64,000 nt of DNA, taken from positions 1 to 64,000 of the forward strand of contig JAAILG010000894.1 of the NCBI GenBank assembly GCA_012026655.1. Direction: 5' to 3'. The first letter of the stretch is position 1, and every line of letters begins with the position of its first letter. Of the stretch, positions 1 through 12,425 are shown in pieces. Made by a program: the position numbers and the translations under genes. The notes beneath the pieces were generated by a model, which worked only from the letters and a program-made list of their open reading frames with translations, made no database searches and had not been told where the DNA came from. The DNA comes from Hydrolagus affinis (taxonomy: Eukaryota).

Positions 1-151
1 TTTTTTTGGAGGGATTATTATTAGGCATGTGGAGTAAGGAAACTTGCCCAAGGTTTCGCCCTGACCTGCCTGGATTTGAACACAGGTCTCCCCAGCTTGG
101 TCTCCCCAGCTTTCAAGACAAGTGCTCTAACCACTGAGCCACAGGAGCTCC
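1..151 (-). mobile_element. tRNA-derived SINE, 5' head (truncated by window edge), with a 14-bp internal tandem duplication
   Basis: Reverse complement reads GGAGCTCCTGTGGCTCAGTGGTTAGAGCAC (A box)...GTTCAAATCC (B box)...GGCGAAACCTTGGGCAAGTTTCCTTACTCCAC, matching the other copies in the window; ggtctccccagctt occurs twice at 85-112. Confidence 0.85.
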
Positions 152-3100
152 AACACATATTGTATACTTATCTAATTGTACCCTTGGTATTTTTAACTCT
201 GGTGCAGAAATAATCCTCTAGACTACTATATTTCCATCAGTTAGAATATTACATGCCCTATCTAAACATAACTCGGTCATATCATTTTGAGTTTCATTTC
301 ATGAATCTGGTAAATTGCATGTGATATGTTTCTCTGCCCATTCTTTAATTTTTGTGTTTCCTCTCTGCCTCACTCTTGTCATAATCTATCCCATTTGTTT
401 CCACCTTAGCTGTTGTTCATTACCACACATCTCATTTGAAGTGAAAAGCAAGGACAATTTGACCCACAGGCTTAGCCAAACCCAGTTTCAATGTCAACTA
501 ATGGAAGGTGTAACTCAAGCTTGGCACCGTTGGTTCCTTGCCTAAGAATGCACAGCATTCTGTTCAACAGCTCAATTAAATACAAATAATTCTGAAAGCA
601 CAAACCAGAAGTCTTAATTCCTCACATTCTTTATGGTTCTATTTTATAATTAAAAGGAATTAAGTTAACCACAACGGGGAAAACATTATTTTCTTGCAAT
701 GTGTTGTTTGGCATATGGAAGCTATGAAAACTTTGGCACACACTTTTGCTCCCCTAAATCATTTTTTGACTGGTTCATCAAAAAAATGGATAGGACAATC
801 ATTGCAGAAGATCATTCTACCAAACCTTGTGAAACTGTAATCCAGTGCCAGTCACCTCCTGCAGTCCAGGAAAGGAGACAATTTTTTTTAAACAAAACTC
901 CCAATAACTATGTTTTGTTGTTGTCACTGACTAAAACTTGTTCCCTTCACTCTCAATGTGAGGCATTTGTTTCTATGTTTTCTTCTTCCTTTAAACAATA
1001 CAGAAAAAGCTAAATACGACATGCTTAAGGTAGAAAATCTTTTTTTAAACCAAGAGCAGATTGGAAGCTCTTAAAATATGAATCAACATCTGTTATAAGG
1101 TTACTTGAGCAAAGCAGTTTATAACTCCCATTTGGCAGTTAATCCTGGCAACTGAACTTTAGACATCACCACTCCGATAAAGCCATAAATTTTGCAATAT
1201 ACGAATCCCTTCCTGTTTTGTAAATATTTAATATTTGATGTTACTTGCATTTTGTAATAAATTCAAGCCTGATCAGATCTTATTTGCACTCAATTCTTTT
1301 GTGATTAGAGTCCACTGCTTTGTTCTCCGAGTGTGGTACTAAACAGGAGTGTGACACTTCCCATGAGCAGCAGGATAATTATAAGGGCTTGATTCATTTG
1401 CTCGAATTGAACCACTTTGTGCAAGGGTTACTGATTCAAGGAGCTTAGGGAGATTGAAGCCCACATCTTGAGGGGGAAGGGGAATGATCCATCAGGAAAA
1501 ACATACAAAATAAACAGGAAAAAATAAATTGTGGTGAGTTTAAAATATGCCTGTGGTTGGTTCAATCAGCTATCAAAGCGTAGAATCTGATCAGAAACAT
1601 ACACACTCTTCCCCCTCCCCCATCTAGTCACGTACACTTTTTTGTCACTATTTCAAGGTGAGATTGAAAATGGATTACCTCTCTTACGTTTAGCTGTGCA
1701 ATTTATTTTACTTTATGACGACCTAAAAATGGTACTCTTAAATATGCCACGCGAAAGTCAGAGTGATTTCTTTCGGCCAATGCCTCAATACTAAGCCATT
1801 GCTAAAATTACAATGTCATTTCTATATCTGCACAGGACAGCAAAACACTGCATTGGAAAGTGTTGCAAATGCATGATTCTGAGTCGACGGCAATTTGTTT
1901 AAAAATATTTTTTTCCTTGTATCATATACCACCAGTTTCCAGCACAAATCGGGGAGTTTAGGTGGCTCAGTATAATTTGAGCCAACTAACCTTCCTCATA
2001 GGAAATATTTGAATAGGTAAACCTTCAATAAACAATCCCTATGCTGACCAAGGACGAGAGTGCTTAAAGAAAGGCCTTTTGTAAACTTAAGTGTTGTTCC
2101 CACAATTATTTAAACATAAAATTACTTTTAAACATCTGATTCAAGGTAGGTAGAATTATTGCAAATTAATCCCATGAATTGTGGGAGTCAATGCATATGA
2201 TTATGCACTTAATTAAAGGAGTCGATTGGAGTGAACAATGTTTCCCATTTTCTAACTTCAGTGTGATTTCAAGCAATCAATCAACTGTAGCTAATAATGC
2301 ATAAATTGTTGCTCTCTCAATTGCCTTAACAAAGAAGATCTTTTGGACGTGTACAAACTAAACTGCTCTTTGGTAAACCTGCCATACATTGGCAAATGGA
2401 GGAGCTGCCCACTCATTTTTCTTTCCTGCTGTGGTGCAATTCGCTGCTGCGTTTCACCCACAAAATACACAGGAAATTTACTTTACTGTGTGTTCTATTA
2501 AGCGCTTTGTCATCTCAGTGGCTTGATTCGGAGCTTATTATTCGTAGCAGTATTATCATTAACAAAACCAGGGGGAGGATCATTTAACAGCATGCTTACC
2601 CATAGGTTGGAATGACTCACATGAGCTAAAATACTGACATTACAAATAATAACTATCAAATTAAAGGGAAATTCATATCGACTAGTTTCTATGATCGCAT
2701 TTTCGTATATTGGGCGAGAGATACCTTTTGTGTTTCATGTGCTGGCCGGGAGGAAGTTTATTTGAGGTGAAAGCTTAGAGTTGCAGCGAATAGCTCCATA
2801 AAAATCCTTGGCAAAAAATGTTTTTACTCAATTGATATTGTTCTGACACTCACTGGGATCTAGTTCTTGGAGTGAAATTTTGCTTTGTTCGGTCATTTCT
2901 GTATTTGAGCAGTTAAGCAGGCACAGTATTTAGCAACGGAGAGAAATGATTATTTTGCTTTTCTTTCATAAAGTGTTGATACTTTTTGCTTTTTTAAAAA
3001 AAAAAATCTGCCTTTATTTCAGTTACTTCATCTGGGGTGGAGTTTTAGCAATGTAAGATGTTGAAATGCTGTTGCAAAATGGATAAGTGTGGAAAGAAGC

Positions 3101-5185
3101 AGTAGAACTGTTCCACTTTCTGAAGAATGCTCTTGAATGCCATGGTTTGCCTCAGAACTGCAAGGTCAGGCAAAGTCATGAATGTAATGCAGAGGCGGAA
3201 CGCTCTGTAGAGACAAAGCCCTAACTGATTAATTAACGTTGCCAATGAATTGTTGATTATATTGTTGGCTTGTTCTGCGAACTGGAGCCAAGGAAACCAG
3301 TCACATGGCCGGAATATAATTATAACACAACAAATCAAGTCTTTAATTAAAAAAAACTTTAAAAAAAAATGCTGCAAGTTCTGAAGAAATCTCTATTTAC
3401 ATATACGTACGAACTTACAAAGCAGATGGACAAATCTATTGGCATAAGACTCACCCCACCCCTGCATCTACATATCAATTCACTTACAGTGTGATATGTG
3501 AAAGGCTAAACTATACACATCACGCACTAAAATGTTTGTTTGTGATTTACAAAGGGCGTTGGAGCTACAGTCACTTTGCTCTGTGAAATGCGAACAACAA
3601 ATCATCTGATGAGTTCAATGTTGGACTCCAACCAATTTATCCACTGCTGGGGGTGTGTAGGATGAAATGGCAGCAGGAAGGAACAATTGCACAGGAATAA
3701 GAGACGTCACCTCAGGTTATTTTCCTTCCCACAACAAAATACACACACATAGGAGAAACCTAAACCTGGCATCACAGAGACACTCAAGAGTTGCATAACA
3801 CAAGATACCAGTAGATGAAAGTTCTGAAGAGGGAGCAGTGCAGACTTTTGAAGGGGGATCTTAAGCGTGGACAATGGATGGCAGTTTCCTGGACTCAATC
3901 CATGCAATTTAATAGGCCGCGATATTGTGCTGTGTGATTTCACAAACAATGGTGTCAGGATTTATTTTACTGACTGATACAATGCAATGTCACAATTCGT
4001 TTTATATAAACCCAACAGTCTTGTTTCAAAAGAGGCGGCACCAACATCAAGTATTTAAAAACTAGTACCTGTTTGTTGAGTGATGCAAAAAAATTTGTGG
4101 CTTCTAAACTTAAATATTAAAACAAAACAAAGCTCCTGCCTTTTTTTTCTTCAACCCACTTTGTGATCATCTGATATTTGACATGCTTTAAAAACACAGA
4201 CAAATTCATTGATACGGCCGGCAGTGATAGAGACTACTGTCCTGATGGTATTATATCTGATTTGAATTGATATTCTGCAGGCACCTTATTTGAAATTGGC
4301 ATCTGACCCAATTCAGTGCTTGAATCCACACTCACAAATTATTAATTTAGTGGAGGGTAGCAGTGTGCACTTCTATAGGGCACCTTCAATCTGCCCCGTT
4401 TATGTGCTTCATTACGCTATGTGCGTACAACACATGTTTCTATAGTAACTAGAGGGCTGACTGACTCCATAGGGAAATCCATGGCTAGTTGATTCTGTTG
4501 CATCCAAATTATTTCCAGTATCAAAGCTTCTCCTTAAGCAACATTCCTTGCCAAGGACCAGAACTCACATCAATACAAAGGCACCCAGGGGAGTGATGGC
4601 AATCAATTATTACTTTGCAAATGAATGCTGACGGCTTGTGGTAAAGTATAGTACAGTATACGGTATATAGGTTTGAAGGCAACTTAGGCTATGCAGCATT
4701 GAATAAAGTGTGCTGAGTCAGACAAGGCAAAGACTCCAAATCAGTTGCCTATCGTGCAACTGTATGTAGCAAATGTTTATGTATTTCAACAATGACCTTG
4801 ATATAAAGGCACAACTCAATCTTTCAAGTCACGGAACTTGCACCAGGGACAAACACATGAGAGGAAATGTCAGTCTCTGAACGTCAGAGGAGGTTTGAGT
4901 ACTAAAAGACCTAAAGGACGTTTTAAGGTCAACCAAGAGCCATTTGCCCAACAAGCTATTCACTGAGGGAGACGCACGAAGAAGCTTATTCGAGGAATAT
5001 TGACTGTTCTGTATTGTCTTCATGTCTTTGTTTGAGAAACAAATGCCAAAAGAGCTGCATTTGTACATCTGTAAATGAAAATGCAGGAAAATGTATGGCT
5101 TTACAGATTACTCACCATTTGTGCAGTTGTCATGTTGTGTGCAGGTAACGTTATAGGGCCAGAATACAGGAAAATAACTGGAGGT

Positions 5186-5268
5186 GATATTCTGTGAAGA
5201 ACTTTGAGATGTCCAGAAGATGCGAAAAGCGCTTATAACAAATGCAAGCATTATGATTATTGTTATTT
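5186..5268 (+). mobile_element. SINE 3' tail fragment
   Basis: tattctgtgaagaactttgagatgtccagaagatgcgaaaagcgc...aaatgcaagcattatgattatt matches the tail of the full-length copies. Confidence 0.75.
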
Positions 5269-6359
5269 TAACAACTGAAATTATGTCAGAGATTTAATCT
5301 CTTTTCATGACCTACGATACAAATCAGAAAATCACGCAGCTTGGCTGAAAACACTAAAGTATAACTATGTAGGAGTAGTTAAAAAGCTGTTTAAAATTCT
5401 CTTTAATCACCTAAGCAAAGATTAGATTGCTCGATAGCACATACCTCGGTGCTAATGTGTAATGCTACTTACTAAGGAACCGCTCGTCTGGCTGTCTTTG
5501 TAGATATATTTATTGCCATCAATGTAGAACATATCAAATATTCATATGCTCTCTTCAGCGAACTAGGTTTTGTCATTTAATATTCTTGATATCCTTTCTC
5601 TTTCAGTTGAAAATAAATAACCGATTGTTGCTAATTTGTTTGTATTCTAGAATGTGAAATTTGGTAAATGAAGAATGAAATATTTTGTTCTCCCTCCACC
5701 CCACCCCTTCACCTATTTCTGCCCTTGCTTATAATCTCTCCAGTGACAATATATTCCAGTCCCTGATTCCACCAATTGATAAGTAACTGGTTTCTCTCCA
5801 GTGAATAGCTGTGAGAATAACACTGTCAAAAGATTATCTCACTGTTAAGTTTCCATCCATTTCTCTCGGAGGTGCCTTTGTCCTTGTTCACCCTTCCCCA
5901 GTGACTGGCTGGGTGATATTAGTCATTCACAGCGTGGGAATCAGCTCCATATTAGCACAGGGTCACTTGACCTCCCTCTACTCTGCGAAGATTTTAATGA
6001 GACCTAAACCCAACTGTCACATCTCACAGTAATAATAATAATATTAATGCAACTTTATTCCATCGCAGTGAACCACCATTGAAGTGGGGGAGGAAAAATA
6101 TGTGTTGGGGTAGGTTTGGCTCACATCATAGCACACGAAACAAAAAGCAGGAAACAAAAGACAAAATGACAAGGTACGACCTATATATATTTATATATTA
6201 AATGATATTTATTTGAGTGTTACAGTATGAAAATGAGAAATTGTGAGTTTCTTTTTCAGCACTGTTTACATTCCATTGAGTTGTCCCTGAGGTCTGCAAT
6301 AGATACTACCATTCAAAGCCTATCATGTAAACCCATTGCTTAGTGTGACACTGAAACTT

Positions 6360-6620
6360 ATTGGGTCTGAAAGGTCTTAGATTTGATGTGCATTGGTCAG
6401 TTGGACTTAAACTGCAAAGCTAATTATACCCAGTGACCAGAGGCTAGGCGAGGGATGGGGAAGGGGAATTAGATCATGGTACCAATCCTGATCACTAAAC
6501 TATGACTTCCCCCTAGTAAAGTGCGGGTGTGTGGAAGCCGGGTCAAGACAGGGTCAGCCAGGTTTAGCTGTGATGACCTCCCTACTCCTTCCTATCCCCT
6601 CAGTTAAACAGTGAAATAAT
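6360..6620 (+). mobile_element. Old, diverged SINE-like interspersed repeat (family not named)
   Basis: Shares degenerate blocks with 9060-9230, 39335-39450 and 45390-45600; similarity judged by eye only. Confidence 0.4.
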
Positions 6621-6698
6621 TTCCTCCTGGTGTCTGGGTCCTGGGACTCTGCCCCTGTCTGCATTCACGTGAAAACCATCTGGTGGTGGTGGTGAGAT

Positions 6699-6755
6699 CT
6701 CATTCATTCATTCATTCATTCATTGATTCATTCATTCACTTACTTCATTCATTCA
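6699..6755. repeat. (TTCA)n microsatellite
   Basis: cattcattcattcattcattcattgattcattcattcac... Confidence 0.95.
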
Positions 6756-7059
6756 ATTTTCTTTCTCCCCTGCAGGAAAATGCCACATTTGTACTCAGAT
6801 TCAGATCAGAAACTGAGCATAATAGAGCCAACCTGCATTCTCACATCCTTTGTCAGTGGAGCAAGCGCAGCAATGCCCCACTAATGAAGCACTTTGAACA
6901 AAGTGATTTGACAGTCAAGTTGGAACTCCCTAGAGATGGAGATTTTCAAGCCACCTTGCTGTGTTAATTACTTTTGCAAACGTTTGGGAGCAGATTACAT
7001 TCCCTGCTTACTAGGCCGGAGAACAGTATCTGTCCATTTGATATGGTGGCTTCCTACTT

Positions 7060-7322
7060 TTTCGAGATGTCTAGAAACACTTCACAGGATATACTGTAAT
7101 GAGATTGACTGAATATTTTGTGGGTGAAACACGGCAGCCAACTGCATACATCAGAGTCTCAAAAACAGTCATGGATTGAATGACAAATTACTGATATATC
7201 ATAATTTACGTTTCGCCCACAAATATACAGTCAATTCACCTTACAGTATATTCTGTGAAGTCCTTTGAGACGTCTAGAAGACGTGAAAAGTGCTATATCA
7301 AAATTCAAGGACTATTATTTTT
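7060..7322. mobile_element. Two SINE 3' fragments in inverted orientation (7060-7185 minus, 7209-7322 plus)
   Basis: cttcacaggatatactgtaa...ttgtgggtgaaac is the near reverse complement of gtttcgcccacaa...ttacagtatattctgtgaag. Confidence 0.8.
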
Positions 7323-8409
7323 TATTAAAAAAAATTTTACGGGTTAAACTAAATTAGAAAAACAAGTGGGAAGGAAAAGTACATTTGCAGAATCAACAAA
7401 ATTAATTGATGATGTTTAAAACTTAGTTTGGAAGACTCATGTCGAATAAAGGTCGGTGTTTGCAGGTATTTGCCACAAATCATGCACACACTAATTGCAT
7501 TGAAAACTGTTTGGAAGATATCAATTGTTTAGGATTCAGTGTAGATGGCTAGACAGGGATCAGATATACAGAATAAATTTAATTAAGCTTCATAGATGAA
7601 GCAATCATTAGATGGTAAACATTAAAATAAGTTCTCTTTTTTTTATGAGCAACATTAAATATGCATAGCATGGTACAGTACCACATTATTTAATATTAAT
7701 CATTATCTTGTAAAATTTTCCAACCCACGAAAACAGTGCTGGCTTCATTAACAATGAACAGACAAGCATGTTTTATTTACCCCTCTTGCCTTAATATGGA
7801 AACCGATCCTTGCCATCTATTATTTATAGTGCAAGCTGGGTACCAGCTTGATTTTGATATAGACCGATAGCTGTGACCTTGTGTCTTTGAGCCTGTAGTT
7901 GTAAAATTATATTGAGTTCTGGTTCACTCAGTTGGTGCTTGTCAAGCAGGGTCAGTCAGCACTAATAGCTGAAACCCATCATGATAAAGGGAGTTTCTTC
8001 AGGGTGGGAATCCTGGAGGGCTCATTAGTAACTATGTTTAACATTCTTAAACAGTTGGTGGTTTGAGCAATAGGACTCCTTGCCACCACTCCTCTACCCT
8101 AATAACAGCCACCTGTCTATTCAAATCACGTTGAAACGCAAATCGATTTAAAATGCGTCCACATCAATCATCGTTTGACAAGCGGTCAAGTTCAGTCCAC
8201 ATCTCATTAGTCTTTTCCCAGAAAACAAAAAAACCCATTAGATACTTTGATTGTGTTTCTCAGTTTCAATTCAAACCGTATCTTCTCAACACCACGTCAA
8301 AAGTGTTTAAGATTTTTTAAGACTCGCTTTTAATTTTTTTTGATGGTATTACAGGTTTCCTTTGCTCACTGTCACATAGGGGGCTGGGGTGTTGGGGGTG
8401 AAGAGAGCT

Positions 8410-8620
8410 CATTACAACAACTTACTTTATATAGCACCCTTGAAGCAGGGCAGCGTCTCATAGAGCTTAACAGTGCCAGAGCCTAATGCCAGGGGGAGGG
8501 AGGAGGTGACCAAAATAATCACGCTCGAAGAGAAAGCTCTTCAGTCATGATCCAAAACAGAGGAAGGAGGGGATCAAGGCAGGAAGGATTGGGGGAGAGA
8601 GTGTGGAGAATACAAAACAC
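8410..8620 (-). mobile_element. L2-type LINE 3' end fragment
   Basis: acaacaacttactttatatagcaccct... is the reverse complement of the tail at 48240-48290, followed by a purine-rich 3' UTR-like tract. Confidence 0.6.
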
Positions 8621-11600
8621 TGTTTACATGGCGGCTTAGGGTGCCGCGGAGACTGGTTCCGGGAAGTCGCAGCAATGCTGAGTTGGTGTTTCCCACTGAG
8701 TTGGAGGCTGGGTCATCATCATCTGAATTGAAGCAATGTCGCTTCTACGTAGCGTTAAATCCAAGCAAGAGAGAGTTGCTAACATGAAACGCAACTTTTG
8801 GCAATCAGTCACATATAGGAGGGTGGGTGGAAACAGCTTCTTTTTTTCTTCTTCTTTTTCAAAAAACACTTATGTGGCAACCCTGATGGTGCAGTGATCA
8901 GAGTTGCAGTTTGCAGATATCGCTGGTTTGAATCAGAGTCTGACCCTCAGCTGCTATTGCTGCTATAGCAGCTGAGGGTCAGTTGGTATACCTTATCTTA
9001 AAGAGGGTTGAAAGCAGATGGATTCGCTGTCAATACCAGCAGAGGACCCTTCTTCAGCACCCTCTGCTGGTATTGGGAATGTGGCAGCTGGGTTGAGGTG
9101 AGGTGAGGAGAGGTTGCGTGAGGTGAGGGAGGACCCGTGTAGCTAAGTGCCCCAATGGAATTCACTGCCAGTGTCTGTTTGGGCAAAATACTGGAGAGCA
9201 GCCAGGGAACTGTGGAAACTGCACCACCAATATTTTGGGAGCTGGGATCCTGATGTTACCTTTTTGTAGCTGCTTGGAGCAAAAAATGAACACAGATGAA
9301 ACTCGACTCGCCCCTGGTTTAACTTATTTCAGGTGGAGGCAGGTCGCTTGGACTTCTGTGCAAACAGATTCCCATTTGTCATCGGAAAAGGATCTCTGCC
9401 TGCCTTGTGATGAGGAAAAAAGGTTTCCGGCTGGCCTGGTTGATTATGTTGGGTAATACAAAGAGCATAGAATGAGCTCAAGAGTACAATTCTCCACTTT
9501 AACTTGCTATGTATTTCATGACTCGATGTGGGACCTGGCTGGCACAAATGGCTATTATGTTTGGCTTCAACAGTCACTACACCGGACAACAATCAATTGT
9601 GAAGCACTTCAAGGCATTTTAATGTGATTAAAACGTTTTTTTTAAAAAAAATGATTAGCCATAGAAACCTACAATAAGCCGAATAAAGACAGAATAAACT
9701 TGTCTAGCAATGAACAATTTCCATCTGCTTGCCTCAATCACACAATTGCAAGAGAGCTTTTGATGATAAAGGCCCGTTAGATCTTACCGTTTCGCCGACA
9801 TCACCGCTCATATCAAAAGATTTGGTCACTTTATAAAATAACCTGCACAAACCTGCGATTGTCTTGCAGAGCAATATAGTTCTACAGAGCGACATTAATT
9901 CTGACAGGTTTTCTTACAAATGATTGCCTTGTTTGGTAATGGAAAATGATCTGTATAGTAGTTTGGCTGGCAGCTGGTGAAACTCAAAGTGTTGATTCTG
10001 AATACAGTATAAGTCGACCGCACAATCTCTGCCTGCTCTTTACCGGAATCTCTCTGAAATCCTGGCACACAGTTGCACCCACTCCTTGAATTTTCTTCAA
10101 AGGTGATTCATTAGTTTTCCAGTCTCTGCTCACCCCACGCAGGCAAAGTTATACAAAACACTCACTTTCAAACTTTAGGCTGTTGGAAGAAGAGAAAACA
10201 AAAATCTGTTTATTTGTGGTTAAATTTCAATGGGATGCCTTTTGTTTCAACACTGTTTTGAGTGTTACATTTTCCAGACACATTTTAACAGGCTCCATGT
10301 TGTGCGCTAATTCTTTGCCAATGTCAAGAAGTTTTATAATAGGAAATATTTCAATGAAAATCACAAGAGTAACAAATGATTTAATCCGCTTTTTGGCTAG
10401 TATTTTGAACAGGCTGTGTGCTTACAGCAATAAATGACATTAAATAACACCAATCTTATCTGACAGAAGCATTTGCAGCAAATAAATGTTCACTTAAAAC
10501 TAAAGTGCAAACATGATTTGCACTTTATCAAGAAAAGTGCAATTTTTTATCAAGAAAAGACAAAGTCCATGCACGTAGGAAAGAACTTTGGCACAAGCTG
10601 TATTTCATTCTTATCGCCATCGTTTACACAATAGTTTGGATACAGCGATCACATTTATGACATATATTTAAAATAAATCACGTGTCCTATATACAGTATT
10701 AAACTGCATTGGTTTCAACATGACATGCAGAATGTTTGTCCTTTTGTATTTTCACCGGTTGTTCTTTTCCTGATGTCTAAGAAATCCAACAAAAAGAGTT
10801 TCAATACTGACTAGAGTGCTGCGTGTGAGTTTGGCAATTCCCCCCTTAAATGTGAACTGAGTACACAAGCCTAATCCAAAGCAATTCAGTTTTGAATGAT
10901 CTCACTTTGTAGACACACTGTACTTGTAAAAGGAAGCTGAAGAAGTTTTATGACTCCCACATTGTGCAATGTATTTCTGAGGTGGAAACATTAGTGAACT
11001 TTGTACATTTTTGCAACAGTCTCCTCCTGTGTCGAAAGTACGTGTTGATATGAACGTAGCCATCCATTGTTGTAACACCTCTTGAGTATGTGTACTAACT
11101 ACACTTGCATTCAGTTGCGTCAAAGATAAAAGATTACGGGCGTGTTTTCAGTCAAGCGTCTTATCGTTTTTCTTTTGTTCTTACTGTAATTATTTGTTTG
11201 TTGCATTTAGTTAACTCCTGGGGAACTTGCGGCACTCGTGAAGATCAGCTTTAGAATTGTAAGGGCTGAAGTTGTGAAAGTCGTCTTTTGCACACTCCCT
11301 CTTTTCCCTGTTGAATTATCAAAGTTGTTATGGAGATGAAGTGATAAAGGAGGGATCTGCCAATAGGAACCTGGGACTCGGATACTTAGCTAACATTTGA
11401 ATGGCACTCTGCCCTCTGTTACTGAGAGATTCTAGTGTGTAGTTCTCAGAATGCCAACCATTGTGCTGCCTTTTCTGAGCTCCAGCCAAACCCAAACTGC
11501 ACTGACCCAAAACAGCCTGAAGAAAACATTTCTTCCTTAAAGTGTCCCAAGATTATTTATGCTTTAACGAAAAAGACACCTGCCAATTGGAATGCGCAAT

Positions 11601-11865
11601 CTAGAGAGACTGTGCATGGAGTTGAGTAAACACCAAGGCAAATTGAGCCTTGTTCCATGTCTCTGGGGCTACTTATCACAAAATAAATGTTTTAATTTAT
11701 CATCGGTAGATTGCTTCTAATTTATTTTATGAAACAACTGTTATATCAATACGACATTGGTAAATAGAACTCCTCTTCTGTGTAATATGTATAGCAGCAA
11801 ACACAATTAGCGGACGAAGATTTAGTACTCTCATAGATGATCAAATTAAAATAATAGGAATTATT

Positions 11866-12425
11866 GGGCCATTCAATTACATGACTGTTTGTGGGACACT
11901 CCTGTGTGCAATTAATTGGCTGCCAGGTTTCACCCACAAAGTGTACAGTCAATTAAAATAATAATCCTTGCATTTGATATATGGTGCCTTATCACAAAGT
12001 GAATTGACTGTATATTTTGTGGGCAAAATTCACTTGACAACATATCCCCTGGAGTCCTGTAAGCTCGTATTTTTAGCAAGATACCTGGGTTCATTTCCAG
12101 GCAGGGTGAAACCTTGGGCAAGTTTCCTTACTCCACAAGCCTAATAATAATCCTAAAAAAACAATAAATTGGTTATTTCAATCCACGACTGTTTGTGGGA
12201 CACTGCTGTGTGCAATCGGCTGCCGCATTTCGCCTACATATATACAGTGAATTCACTTTACAGTATGTTCTGTGAAGCGCTTTGAGGCGTATAGAAGACA
12301 TGAAAAGTGCAATATCAAACGCAAGAATTATTATTATTATTATTCTTATCCCGTGAAGTGCTTTGAGACTTCTCAATGATGTGATAAGGCACCTTATCAG
12401 TTGCAAGGATTATAATGATTATTGA
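11866..12425 (+). mobile_element. SINE cluster: full-length copy 12051-12344 (+), flanked by fragments 11866-11955 (+), 11957-12030 (-) and 12349-12425 (+)
   Basis: ggagtcctgt head, tgtttgtgggacactgctgtgtgcaatcggctgccgc core and (tta)n tail; neighbouring partial copies. Confidence 0.85.

Noticed and set aside
4829-5116. Minus-strand ORF with an acceptor-like site at its ATG and a strong donor at 5116
   Set aside because: The implied intron would be only about 48 nt and the peptide resembles nothing I recognise
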